IMG/VR virus record: IMGVR_UViG_3300037067_007020
Span: 37,226 to 101,225 of that record
DNA length: 64,000 bases
Origin: a virus
Taxonomy: Duplodnaviria > Caudoviricetes
Reading direction: 5' to 3' (one strand)
A model generated the notes under the pieces. That model saw only the letters and a list, made by a program, of their open reading frames with translations. It did no database searches and was not told the origin of the DNA. Made by a program: the position numbers and the translations under genes. Shown here piece after piece: positions 9,501-18,943 of the stretch (positions are counted from its first letter, which is position 1; each line of letters starts with the position of its first letter).

Positions 9501-11444
9501 TTGAGGACTATCTGAAAGAAGACTTGAAAAAGGAATTTTTGTCCGTATATAAAATTTTGTACTTCCATGAGGAGCTATTGTTCCTATAGAAAGTCTTTTT
9601 GCATAAAATTTAGAAATAATGTATTTTTCCATATCTGGGTCTATTGTCAATAGATTATCTAGGGCATCGTCTAGATTTCCTAGATACTTTCCATTAAGAG
9701 TTTGACCTTCTAGTAGATATTGCATCATACTAACCCAATTGGAACGATCTTTGCTTATTTCTAAATATTTATACAATTCTGAACTTGCTTTAACAAAATC
9801 CTGATATGTTTCTGTTGTTTGAAATCTCTGCATATAAGGAGGATTTACAACACTGACCGAGACATCTGTCATATATTCCTCACTCGTATTAATAATTTCT
9901 ACCTCTTCGTCATATCCTTGTCTTCCATAAGGACTGTCTTTCATTTCTATAGTCTGTTCTGGATTTATTTTTATACAGTCGTTAAAAGACTCATAATGTA
10001 ATTCTAACAACTGATTAAAATACAACCCAATTTCATTATAAGACTCATAACCAGTTTCTCTTATACTTGTGCCAAAATAAGGAAGACTAAAAAAATAATC
10101 TCTGTTTGTATCATTAAACGTATAAGAATTGTTCGTTAATGATTCGGACATATTAACTACTAGATTTTGTTGATATGATGTATATGTATTCCCTATGTGC
10201 GGAACAAGTGTTATATACGACTGACCTTTTGTTCCTGCAAATATTCTAAACGGAGAAAAAATGTGAACTAAAGGAATCATTCCTTGTCCAAATCCACCGT
10301 CAGGTCTTCCTTCTATTCCTTGCATTTTGTCTGTGAGATAATTCCATTTTCCGTTACATAACATTCCTCCGGGATACTGAGTTCCGTTGTTAACCAATGA
10401 CGATTCAGCAGTCATTGATATGTCTGTGTCATATACTTGAAAATTTCCTCCACACCTTAATGCTATTGCTTTCATTACTTTCCGTTCGGTATTGTTTGCA
10501 TCATAATCAACGATTTTGCCTTCAACAACAATTCTTCCAAAAAAAGTATCTGCGTAATAGTCCATTTGACCACTAGGCAAAGAACCGTGTATTATTCCGG
10601 TTTTATTCCTAATTGAATCATATCCTACTTCTGCCCACTCAGCACCATTGTTTCTTACATACATTGTTTTTGTTTCGCCAGATGCTATTGTTCCTACTGA
10701 TAATTTATATGTTCCACTAAACCAATTAATTTTATCTGCTGAAAATTCAAATTTATCTGACAAAACAGGAGTTTTTCCACTAGGACTGTTTAAAAATACC
10801 TCTGTTTCTGTTAATGAATTGTTAAATTTGTTTGTTATGTAAAAAGGAGTCCAAGGAGACTTAATGTCTGAGACATAGGTAATTCCCGGAAGCATTATTT
10901 GTGATATGGACTCATAATCAACTCCATATTCTTCCCAGTACCCAGCTTTTTGGATTGTTCCGAACAAATTATTTTGCCCTATTGCAATATAGTCTCCTGT
11001 TGAATGACCACTTGTTCCAATCAAAAGTTCGACTAACTGTAACAGAGGTTGGTTATCCTGATTTCCAGAAACAGCGACTTTTAATTGATATATTCCAGAC
11101 AATCCATTACTTCCCCCATCATAAGTGCTTTCTAATAAATTGTTGCCCGATGTTTGAGACACTGTTGTATTGGACAAAGAAGTCCATGTTGTTCCATCAG
11201 AAGATATGTATGTCAGAATTTGATCATAATTTCCGTTAGAAGGAATGTTGTAATGACAATGAACCTTTGCATTTCCTCTTCCGTACCAAGCATCTCCTAG
11301 ATTCCAAGTGTATGTTTCTCTTTCTGAAAGCGAAGTATCTAGGTTTCCGTCGGTAAGTTGTTGAACAGGATTTGCACTACTGTTGTATCCTATAACATTA
11401 AATATAGCATCGGTATTCTGAGATTCTGTATAATATCTTGTCAT
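6546..11444 (-). CDS. tail tip/hub (Tal-like) protein with N-terminal discoidin/Ig-like domains and C-terminal LamG (concanavalin A-like) domain
   Basis: 1632 aa after Dit. LTDGNLDT/YISSDGTTWT at the N-terminus; hub-like IFVGNVT..VQAID..IAKQVGANFWI..IINEIKLIGG; LamG DDGKWHYYAFIR..VYIDG..ILTEDQI. Confidence 0.75.
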   Translation of the reverse strand: MTRYYTESQNTDAIFNVIGYNSSANPVQQLTDGNLDTSLSERETYTWNLGDAWYGRGNAKVHCHYNIPSNGNYDQILTYISSDGTTWTSLSNTTVSQTSGNNLLESTYDGGSNGLSGIYQLKVAVSGNQDNQPLLQLVELLIGTSGHSTGDYIAIGQNNLFGTIQKAGYWEEYGVDYESISQIMLPGITYVSDIKSPWTPFYITNKFNNSLTETEVFLNSPSGKTPVLSDKFEFSADKINWFSGTYKLSVGTIASGETKTMYVRNNGAEWAEVGYDSIRNKTGIIHGSLPSGQMDYYADTFFGRIVVEGKIVDYDANNTERKVMKAIALRCGGNFQVYDTDISMTAESSLVNNGTQYPGGMLCNGKWNYLTDKMQGIEGRPDGGFGQGMIPLVHIFSPFRIFAGTKGQSYITLVPHIGNTYTSYQQNLVVNMSESLTNNSYTFNDTNRDYFFSLPYFGTSIRETGYESYNEIGLYFNQLLELHYESFNDCIKINPEQTIEMKDSPYGRQGYDEEVEIINTSEEYMTDVSVSVVNPPYMQRFQTTETYQDFVKASSELYKYLEISKDRSNWVSMMQYLLEGQTLNGKYLGNLDDALDNLLTIDPDMEKYIISKFYAKRLSIGTIAPHGSTKFYIRTKIPFSSLLSDSPQMGLIRIMGYVNKSNGEGYRIANIPVYINGNRKYCPERFVQGHNKKLNKGQSKLAIRYFGSNREWMQNKDLAMDIDDINLKLGINKTASTLDLQHKRRYEEIGEIDTDCMIAVFGNSENNSIDFSSDIIFVGNVTQVGQSDDDSSILQVQAIDALHELNYNTVNYVYINRTAKDIVKHIIDEFYKGTRVSYTDESIGGTYDENGNYVTDEPVNISNIEYIIFNEENIPNAIDRIAKQVGANFWIEPRINENGDIEEILYFRVPNTYPDKVYYRKHDIQNFKKTQDSSQIINEIKLIGGNVVERIEGKSSFNNINIFSDDTKQLTTEYPIDTTSSSGTWKLYALPQGMVEGVNVMNFVATSGEESEYYHDTYLSGFWSSYFPVKETMIGSGTYSDWNFLIVKGTNAGLKGRIITSTNSNYDLLYTNTMTNGKDLFVGLDFNPPDGFTNFNTTGEDQDQFWIYPDNITNVETTVSGIGINNMGFNYFSDSDVTITNNNIIFNDILPNIKKDSANKPIFENAIFVANYDSKWSDERETLVKRTGKVQESVEIYGSRKKTINDNNITSYSAADLVILSELDKSAFPSKSIEFDLPFGDISLKRNELINIRGFYHDQMKDKSFYNKNIIGNTNTKWNSKVPEDAEIKNTSVSISHTYKNGLVQTHVNLNNEEPRYDETLKDLFDIMRKTSTEYNPLEFWNDVSEKIERPKDYNSTRHYNKGLDYGLKLERYNITTQETLPILDNTKLKHTLSTTFTSGYVTNEVIGQYAGSLVSGTISTGFINGNAIYFSGCGTDWAETFTTPRQNFMNYPFYTLETVMKYDTGALAGFQTYDMFYNIGRTGQTIDQIGIHQLFGNYSFTFTCSGTNYNTSLAVQDIIGGPIDDGKWHYYAFIRNDVSGKVYIDGTYVGETVSLPANSTFVEAGDDLTLPLEIGRFATDTHTVNLYNGSTAVYIDTIAMHSGILTEDQIKSRYDIIKNASQVSKIQQIEI

Positions 11445-11456
11445 TATATTTCCTTG

Positions 11457-13163
11457 TTATATGTATCTATCTGTCCATTTAACTAGAAAATCTATATCTA
11501 CTAAATTTTCGGAATCTGTGTTGATTGTCCATTTTGTATAATCATCGTTTTCTAAATAAACAAAATCTGTAATTGTTGTTGTTTTGTTTATTCTGTTTAT
11601 ATATATGTTGTTAGCATAATTGTCTTTTATTCCTGTAGAAATATCATATTCTTTAACAGTTTTTTCTAATGTGTCTATTTCTAAAAGATGATCTGATTCT
11701 AGTGTTCCAAAATATGATATTCTTCCTTCTTCTAAAGAACCAGACGAATAGTGTATAATGTCAAATCCATCTAAATCGATTAGGCCTCTATTAATGACCT
11801 GAATACGAGGATAAATTTTATAATTTCCAGCTATTGGTATATTTCCTCCTGCTTTTGTATATTCTAAAAAATCATTTGCATATAAAGAGCAACCACTTTG
11901 GTGTACTAACTGATCTGTTTTGTCTGTTAATGCTCTAGTAGCATATTGTGTATAATTAGAAACAAAACCCGATATTTTATAAGTAAAATCTCCTCCGTCA
12001 TTTAGACCTTTTATATACCCACTTATATCTCCTAAAGTTACAAATTGAGAAGCCGTAAAAACTTTGTCTTGTAACAGAACATTTCGATAAATTCCTGAGT
12101 AAATAGGTTCATATGCTATTCCGTACAATCCACTAGGATGCCATGTATTTCGTGTATAAGCTGAATTAAAAGAGTTACCGTGGAGATAGTCTGCATTTAA
12201 TAAATTAATGTCACCTGACACAGAATATTCGTTTATACCGCTCACAAGATTTTCTATTGTAGAATAGTCTTGATATAAAAACTGTATTTCTGACAATCCT
12301 GATGTAAACATTATTTTATCAGAATCTATTGTCATTGTTCCGTTAAAATATGAACAAACTTTAAAATAATCGGTATATGTTTTTATATAATCATCCGTTA
12401 TTATTGCATATGCATTTGTTCCTCCTTGACCTGAATATGTAAAATTTCCTATCAATGAACGAGATATTTTGGGCTGATTGTATAAAGTATAAGATATGTT
12501 AGACTGATTGCCAGATACGCTAATTTCTGAACTAAAAATACATCCGCTTGTTTGAGTATCTACTATTTCGTAATATCCTTCGTTTAGTCCTGATTGTATA
12601 TAAAGTATTTTTCCTATGTCATTAGAATTAAATCCACTATAATTTTCTACATAATCTTGAGAAAAGAAATAATTTCCGCCATCTACTGTTCCATCTATAC
12701 CAGTTTTATCTACACCAGCAACTAACATTTTAGGAACCTGTGAATACCAAAAAGGGTCAATAATGTCAAATTCTATTGTTCCTCGAATATAAGTTCCCGC
12801 ATATCCTAATTGTTCCGTAAGAGAATCCTTTTTATATGATACTTTAACATATCTCTTAGGAGGGTCAAAATACAATTCAAGGGATTGATATGAAAGAAGA
12901 AGATGAATTTCTTGCATTATAGCATATATGTCTTCGTGTGTCGAAACAATAATTTCAACAGACATAGTTAATGTTTTTGGCATAAGACCACCATAAACTT
13001 CAAATCCACCGTCTCTTCCAAAAACAGTATATATTGACTTGTTTCGTTCTGGCATATCATACAATCCTTCTATACCAGTTATATATACATCGTCTTTAAA
13101 AAGATAATAATTGAGTCTGTCTGGTGTTCTTAGTGTTATGTTGCTATATCTAGTTGCTCCCAT
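11457..13163 (-). CDS. distal tail protein (evolved Dit with a large insertion)
   Basis: Immediately after the tape measure. GRDG...IEFDIIDPFWYS N-domain and GNYKIYPRIQV...LEIDT C-domain flank a ~300-aa insert. Confidence 0.75.
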   Translation of the reverse strand: MGATRYSNITLRTPDRLNYYLFKDDVYITGIEGLYDMPERNKSIYTVFGRDGGFEVYGGLMPKTLTMSVEIIVSTHEDIYAIMQEIHLLLSYQSLELYFDPPKRYVKVSYKKDSLTEQLGYAGTYIRGTIEFDIIDPFWYSQVPKMLVAGVDKTGIDGTVDGGNYFFSQDYVENYSGFNSNDIGKILYIQSGLNEGYYEIVDTQTSGCIFSSEISVSGNQSNISYTLYNQPKISRSLIGNFTYSGQGGTNAYAIITDDYIKTYTDYFKVCSYFNGTMTIDSDKIMFTSGLSEIQFLYQDYSTIENLVSGINEYSVSGDINLLNADYLHGNSFNSAYTRNTWHPSGLYGIAYEPIYSGIYRNVLLQDKVFTASQFVTLGDISGYIKGLNDGGDFTYKISGFVSNYTQYATRALTDKTDQLVHQSGCSLYANDFLEYTKAGGNIPIAGNYKIYPRIQVINRGLIDLDGFDIIHYSSGSLEEGRISYFGTLESDHLLEIDTLEKTVKEYDISTGIKDNYANNIYINRINKTTTITDFVYLENDDYTKWTINTDSENLVDIDFLVKWTDRYI

Positions 13164-13201
13164 TGTTTAATCCTTGTTGGTTTAGTTGTACTGATACAGA
13201 A

Positions 13202-16200
13202 TTATTGAAAAATAAAGCTTTGCCCACGTAAACTTTCGCTCAAAGAAATTTTTCTTGTAACGTCACGTACCAATCTATCTAAGTCTGCATCTGATCGAAC
13301 AGTAGCTGTTATTTGGACATCTTGTTGTAATTTAAACACAGTTTCATCTAACCATCTTCGTGTTTGCATTGTAAGTTGATTAGAATATCTTTTTTGTAAG
13401 TCGATCAATCCTTGTAAATATTTTTTATTTCCAACATTTTCGTCTCTGGTCATTGCTACATTATGCTGAAGTGTTTCTAGTCTGTCTTTAAACGATTGTT
13501 CAGGAGAAGAGAGTCTTGCAAGTTCTTGACTGTATTGTGAAGTATCTCCACCAGCTTTGCCTACTTTTTTTATTATTTTAGTCAGAGCGTCCATCTTTTC
13601 TCTTGTTTCGTCCATTGAAGGCGACATTCTGTTAAGAGCATCATTATAATCATTTACGGCTTTCTTGGCTTCTTTTTGTCTTTGTTTTTGTTTTCTGTCT
13701 TCTTCTCCGCCAAACAAGCCACCTGCAAGAGAACCTAATATAGAACCAACTATGGTTCCTGTTGGTCCAAATATACTTCCTATGGCTCCACCAATCCCAC
13801 CACCACTAGTTGCTCCTTTGGTTCCTTCTTTTCCTGCTCCCAACAATTGTGCGCCAATAGAACCAGTTATTCCGCCTTGACCAAATCCAGCACCCATGGT
13901 ACTGAACATGCTTTGCATTTCAGTAGGAAGTGCAATTGATGGCATTTGAATCCCTAATTCTTTGAGATTCATTGCTCCTGAAAAATTACTACTAATGTTT
14001 GATGGAAGTGCAGAACCTGATACTGATGTTTTTGTTCCTGCTGTACTTGGTTTTGTTCCTGATTTACCTAATATTGCTGTAGTTAAACTTTCTGTCGCAT
14101 TTATAAGCTTCAATTGTGTTTCAATTTCTGCCGAAGTAGCTTCTATCAGAGCAGCTTGTTCAGGATTTTTAATAATGGCGGCAATTTGATTTTCTCCAAA
14201 AAGTCCATTAAGTGCCTGTGTAGCATTTTTAAATTCTTCAAGTCGCTTGTCTTTTTCGCTAGGACCTGTAAATGCTTTTGTTATCGAGTTTGCAAGTCTG
14301 TCTAATTCTGCTTCGGTTTCTGTTGTATATATTCCTCCAATAATACCTTCTGATATGTTTGTTGCAAATTTTTCTTTGATATCTTCAGTTACTTTAGTAA
14401 AAGAGTCTGATATTTTGGTAACATCAAATCCTTTTTGTAAATTAAATGAAAGAAATGTTTCTTTTAATGCAGTTTTCAATGAACCTGAAATCACTTTTCC
14501 GGTTCCATCAGCAATATCAGCCAAGTTTGCATAAGATGCTGCAAGACTAGATATTTCTTCAATTGTCGATTTTACTGCCGTTTTCTGATCTTTTATTTGT
14601 CGTTCAAATTCTTCGTTTCTTTGTAAAATATTATCCAGAGCAATAATTTGTTCTCGATTTGCTATCTTACTTGCATCATCTATGCTAAGTTTTTCTATTC
14701 TAGCTTCTATGAGATTTTTTTCTTTTTCGTTGAGAGTTGTTATGCCATTAGCATAAGAAATCATGTTTTTTGTACTTATATTATAAGAATCTGCTACTTT
14801 TTTACTTACATTAAGAAAATTCAAATAAGATTCGTTTGATTTGTCTAAATCGTTTTTGAGTTTAACATATTTTTCTGATAACAACGTTGATCTTGTTATA
14901 AGAATTTGTTTTTTTACAGCCGATTCATCATATACTCTTCCTTCTTTAGCAAGAGCTATTGTCACAATGTTTTCTAGTGATGCCAATTTTTCTAACTTTT
15001 CGTTATACAGTTCAGTATCATTTATAGCCGCTTTTTGAGTTTCTAACAAATATTTTAGAGCTTTTCCTCTTTGTTCTAACAAAGATTCCATATCTATGCC
15101 CGGTTTAATAACTTCTGGAACTAACGGAGTTTTTACAAGTTCTTGTTCAAGTTTTTTGTTTTCTAAAATCTTTTTCGCTCGTTCTGCTCGAATATTGTTA
15201 TATTCTGTGTCCAAGGAAGAGGTATCAACTTTTCCGCCCAATCGTTGTTGTCTAGTTTGTCTATTTTTGCGTTTGTCAAATAATTCTTGTTCTTTTTTAG
15301 CAAGAGCATCTATTTCTATCTGTTGCTCTTTTAATTTGTTAATAATTACGTCATTTTTAACCTGATTTAATACTTCATAAAATGTTTTTGTTGCTGTAGT
15401 TAAGTCTTTCATAGATAACGCTTGTTTAACAAGGTCTTTTTGTGTCTGTGTTAACGATATTCCTTCTTTATCAAGAGCCTTGTTTAGTTGGTCTAAAACA
15501 TTTTTTCCGTCTTTACCGCTTTTTATTTGACCTTGGTATGTTGCCTGAAAAACAGCAAAACTTTTTCCAAGATCAGAATAATTTTTATACAGATTTCTTG
15601 CTTCTTCTGATTGTCTTTGAAAAGAAGCGTTTAGGTTTTCCATTTCGTTTTTACTTTTCCCTGCTTTTTCTGCCATATAAACAAGACCTAATCCTATGGC
15701 AGTAAGCCCTAAAGTAATTGCGTTTGATTTTGTAAATAACGTTCCTGCAATTCGTGCCTGATTAAAAGCAAATGCAACTTTAGTTGCTGCAAGTGCTATA
15801 GCTAATAATGCAGCATTTGTAGCTACTCCTGATTCTGTTAACGTAGATAATCCATATATCATTGATGTTGTATATTTTGTCATATCAATAAGAGCAGGAA
15901 TCATTGCTTTTCTGCTAGTATCTGCTAATTCTTGTATAGATGCTCCTGCTAATTCTAATTGTTTTTGCCAAGAACGCATAAATCTATCGTTTTCTGTCAT
16001 AGATGAACCAGCAGAATCTAAACTCAGTGTAAGATTTTTTATTACTTGGTCCCAACTATTCATTATTGCAGCAGCTTGTGAAAAATGTCTAGCTCCTGCC
16101 ATAGATTTTAATATAGTAGCCTTTTGAATATCGTCTAGTTTTCCCCAAACACCAGACAATTCTGCCAATGTTTCTGTAAAAGATTTATATGACTTATCTG

Positions 16201-17470
16201 CGTTTATGATTGTAATTCCTGCTGTTTTCCACAAAACATTTCCAGCAGATTGTCTCATATTAACATCAGCATATCTAGATGCCATCATTTTTAATGTTGT
16301 ACCAACAGTGTCACCAGATTCTCCTGTAACTTTAATCATAGCAGAAGATATTGCATTTAATTCGTGCATACTTGCACCTACAAGTTTAAATGCAGAACCT
16401 GTTTTTTCTGTTGCTGCTGCTAAATCTTGTGCCGTAGCACCTGATTTATTTTCTAATGAGTTCCATGCGTCTAATATTCTCATCGAATCTGATGCAGACA
16501 TATTAAACTGATGTATTGTAGATGTTAAAGACTTAATTGCATCGTCTTGACTGAAAGCAGCAATATTTACTGCTGCCATTGCTGTTCTTGTTAGCAATTG
16601 TGCTTCTTCTACGGTTCTTCCCATACGAACAAAATCTCTCATGGCTTTTAATCCGATAGTAAAAGAAACACCAAACTCTCTTCCATATACCTTTGCTATA
16701 GATATAGAAGATTCCATGTACTTATTTAATTGTTCATCAGAATCTGCAAAATCTGCTACAACCTTTTCAAGTTCGATTAGTGTATAGTCAATGTCTTTAA
16801 GAGCAGTAAATAGTCCTTTTATAGCTCCTATGGTTCCAAACACTGCTCCTGTCATTAATGTCCAAAAAAGAACCTTTGCTCCAATAATTCCCATTGTTAC
16901 AGCCATGCCTTGCATTTCGCCATTTACTGTAAACAAGGCTCTTTTCATTTTCATTCCAAAACCTTCTGCCAATCTTGCTGCTTCTATTTGTTTAGTATTG
17001 AAGGCAGACAAAGCTTTTTCTTGTGCTTTCATGTCTCCTACAATAGATTGTACGGGACTTTTAGCTGACTTTAGTGCTTTCGATTCTGCTTTGTCTTGTG
17101 CAATTACTTGTTGAGCATATGTCTTTTCCATAGTTCTTGCTGATTTTGCTGCTTCTTTTTGCTTCAGTTCATATGCTTTTGTATTGTCTCGCAATTCTTT
17201 ATCTAATGCTTTTGCGTTTTCTTTGGCAATTTTTTCTGAATATTTTAAATTGTCCTTATATGCTTTTTCTTGTAATTTGTCATAATCTTTTTGTGCTTTT
17301 TCTTGTATCTTTACCTTGTCTGAAATTGATTTTGCTGCTTCTTTTTCACTACCAGAAGATTTGTTTGTAGTTGATTTGGACTGAAGCGAAGTCATGTAAG
17401 ACTCAAATTTCTTTGCGTCTGCCATTGCTTTTGAAATATCTAACGAAAGGGTTGCTTGAAAATCGGTCAT
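13202..17470 (-). CDS. tail tape measure protein (TP901-family core)
   Basis: 1422 aa, Ala/Lys-rich helical; AMRDFVRMGRTVEEAQLLT..AM..VN core; Gly-rich hydrophobic C-terminal segment; follows the chaperone pair. Confidence 0.92.
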   Translation of the reverse strand: MTDFQATLSLDISKAMADAKKFESYMTSLQSKSTTNKSSGSEKEAAKSISDKVKIQEKAQKDYDKLQEKAYKDNLKYSEKIAKENAKALDKELRDNTKAYELKQKEAAKSARTMEKTYAQQVIAQDKAESKALKSAKSPVQSIVGDMKAQEKALSAFNTKQIEAARLAEGFGMKMKRALFTVNGEMQGMAVTMGIIGAKVLFWTLMTGAVFGTIGAIKGLFTALKDIDYTLIELEKVVADFADSDEQLNKYMESSISIAKVYGREFGVSFTIGLKAMRDFVRMGRTVEEAQLLTRTAMAAVNIAAFSQDDAIKSLTSTIHQFNMSASDSMRILDAWNSLENKSGATAQDLAAATEKTGSAFKLVGASMHELNAISSAMIKVTGESGDTVGTTLKMMASRYADVNMRQSAGNVLWKTAGITIINADKSYKSFTETLAELSGVWGKLDDIQKATILKSMAGARHFSQAAAIMNSWDQVIKNLTLSLDSAGSSMTENDRFMRSWQKQLELAGASIQELADTSRKAMIPALIDMTKYTTSMIYGLSTLTESGVATNAALLAIALAATKVAFAFNQARIAGTLFTKSNAITLGLTAIGLGLVYMAEKAGKSKNEMENLNASFQRQSEEARNLYKNYSDLGKSFAVFQATYQGQIKSGKDGKNVLDQLNKALDKEGISLTQTQKDLVKQALSMKDLTTATKTFYEVLNQVKNDVIINKLKEQQIEIDALAKKEQELFDKRKNRQTRQQRLGGKVDTSSLDTEYNNIRAERAKKILENKKLEQELVKTPLVPEVIKPGIDMESLLEQRGKALKYLLETQKAAINDTELYNEKLEKLASLENIVTIALAKEGRVYDESAVKKQILITRSTLLSEKYVKLKNDLDKSNESYLNFLNVSKKVADSYNISTKNMISYANGITTLNEKEKNLIEARIEKLSIDDASKIANREQIIALDNILQRNEEFERQIKDQKTAVKSTIEEISSLAASYANLADIADGTGKVISGSLKTALKETFLSFNLQKGFDVTKISDSFTKVTEDIKEKFATNISEGIIGGIYTTETEAELDRLANSITKAFTGPSEKDKRLEEFKNATQALNGLFGENQIAAIIKNPEQAALIEATSAEIETQLKLINATESLTTAILGKSGTKPSTAGTKTSVSGSALPSNISSNFSGAMNLKELGIQMPSIALPTEMQSMFSTMGAGFGQGGITGSIGAQLLGAGKEGTKGATSGGGIGGAIGSIFGPTGTIVGSILGSLAGGLFGGEEDRKQKQRQKEAKKAVNDYNDALNRMSPSMDETREKMDALTKIIKKVGKAGGDTSQYSQELARLSSPEQSFKDRLETLQHNVAMTRDENVGNKKYLQGLIDLQKRYSNQLTMQTRRWLDETVFKLQQDVQITATVRSDADLDRLVRDVTRKISLSESLRGQSFIFQ

Positions 17471-17489
17471 GTATATTTATCCTCTTTAG

Positions 17490-17783
17490 TTACTTTTTAT
17501 TTCCATGTTCCGCTTCGTTTCTCTTCACTTCTACCATTTTATCAAACCAATCGTGAAATTTATTGGGGTCGTCTAATATTATGTCTGATGGTATTTCTAA
17601 ACCCCAAGAACCAATTTTTTCGTATGCTTTTTCGTAATACCTTAACCAATATGCTATGTAAACAAAAAAACTATCGACCTCTCCATACATCCAATCTGGA
17701 CCACAAAAAAAACTCTGTAAATCCATGTTATATCTCTTACAATACATATCTGCCGACTGTACTGTATGAGAGGTCTTTGCTAG
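17490..17783 (-). CDS. tail assembly chaperone GT extension (-1 frame)
   Basis: -1 frame is open from the slippery site (KLAKTSHTVQSAD-MYCKRY...) to the stop at 17490. Confidence 0.75.
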   Translation of the reverse strand, partial: LAKTSHTVQSADMYCKRYNMDLQSFFCGPDWMYGEVDSFFVYIAYWLRYYEKAYEKIGSWGLEIPSDIILDDPNKFHDWFDKMVEVKRNEAEHGNKK

Positions 17784-18397
17784 TTTTTTCCTTCTGTTTC
17801 CGTTCTCTTTGCATTAACTCTTATATGTTCTTTTACTAAAAGTTCTTTTGTCTTTTGATCTAAGCTTTCTGAAACATCGTTTTCTGAATTAAATATTTGT
17901 TTTCTTCTATCGTCTGCATTTCTTACACAATAAAATAATACGGTATTCCATACTTTATTCATTGTTTCAATATTTTCGTTTGCATTTAACCTAAGAGACG
18001 CTACTTCTTTACACAAGTCATCGATGTTTTTTTCGTTGAGTTTTTTTGTTTCGGAATTTTTTATTTTTTGTACTTTATCTTCGACAAGTTGTTTTCTATT
18101 TTCTCTGTCCTTGTCTATTAACATTTCTGCTTCTGAAACAATATCACTGTCTCGGAACAATAATATTTCTTCTATCAATTTTTCTTTGGGTTGTGCCATG
18201 CTTTTTAGAATAGACAATAAAGATTCGTCCATTTTTTCTGTAATTCTTTTGGCCTTTATTTCAGTAGAAACCGAAATAAACTGATTTCTAACAGCTTCTT
18301 CTGCTCTAATAGAATTTGGTATTACAACCACTTTTAGTGTTTCTCCATATACATTTGTTATATCGATTTCTTTTATTTCTGGCTTGTATATATCCAT
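17780..18397 (-). CDS. tail assembly chaperone (gpG-like)
   Basis: Between tail tube and tape measure; ends GGA AAA AAC TAG. Confidence 0.75.
   Translation of the reverse strand: MDIYKPEIKEIDITNVYGETLKVVVIPNSIRAEEAVRNQFISVSTEIKAKRITEKMDESLLSILKSMAQPKEKLIEEILLFRDSDIVSEAEMLIDKDRENRKQLVEDKVQKIKNSETKKLNEKNIDDLCKEVASLRLNANENIETMNKVWNTVLFYCVRNADDRRKQIFNSENDVSESLDQKTKELLVKEHIRVNAKRTETEGKN
17783..17789 (-). other. programmed -1 ribosomal frameshift site A-AAA-AAC
   Basis: X-XXY-YYZ heptamer in frame directly before the TAG; the -1 frame joins the 17490-17747 ORF. Confidence 0.8.
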
Positions 18398-18398
18398 G

Positions 18399-18857
18399 TT
18401 ATTTATTCTCCTTGTTCTTTTCTATTCTGTTTAGTGTATCTTGATAATCTTTATAATATTCTGCAATCAGTCCTATTTCCCATTTAGTACAACCTTCAAG
18501 ATAATTTTTTATTTCTTCTACGTCCCTGATAATCTGAACATCTGCTTTAGTATTTTTCTGTATATTCTGCATTTCTATTTGTATTCTTAAACAGAGTTGT
18601 CTTATGTTTTCTAAATGAACTCCGCCGAAAAACTTGACAAAATCATCATATTTATTTTCTTCTACTTCTGCATGTGATCTCTTTTTTTGTTTGTGAGTAA
18701 CTTTTTTAAGTTGGTCTATAAATATAATTCTTTCGTTTAAATTTTCTACTGTAAATAACTCTGGAATATAATGTCTGAGAGATTCTAATAACAGTTCTGT
18801 GATATTAAAAAGGCTGTTGTAAAGAGTTTCTTTGAACTCTTCTTTGGTCATCTTCAT
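18399..18857 (-). CDS. hypothetical protein (tail region)
   Basis: 152-aa ORF with AGGAG RBS. Confidence 0.7.
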   Translation of the reverse strand: MKMTKEEFKETLYNSLFNITELLLESLRHYIPELFTVENLNERIIFIDQLKKVTHKQKKRSHAEVEENKYDDFVKFFGGVHLENIRQLCLRIQIEMQNIQKNTKADVQIIRDVEEIKNYLEGCTKWEIGLIAEYYKDYQDTLNRIEKNKENK

Positions 18858-18892
18858 ATTTCTCTCCTGTTCTTTTCTTTGTGTCTTTTCTT

Positions 18893-18929
18893 AAACACCC
18901 CCTCCTTCAACTAAGAAGGAGAGGATGTT
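18893..18929 (-). terminator. intrinsic terminator/stem-loop after the tail tube gene
   Basis: ACATCCTCTCCTTC-ttagtt-GAAGGAGGGGGTGT stem followed by a short T run. Confidence 0.6.
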
Positions 18930-18943
18930 GTGAATACATAGTT

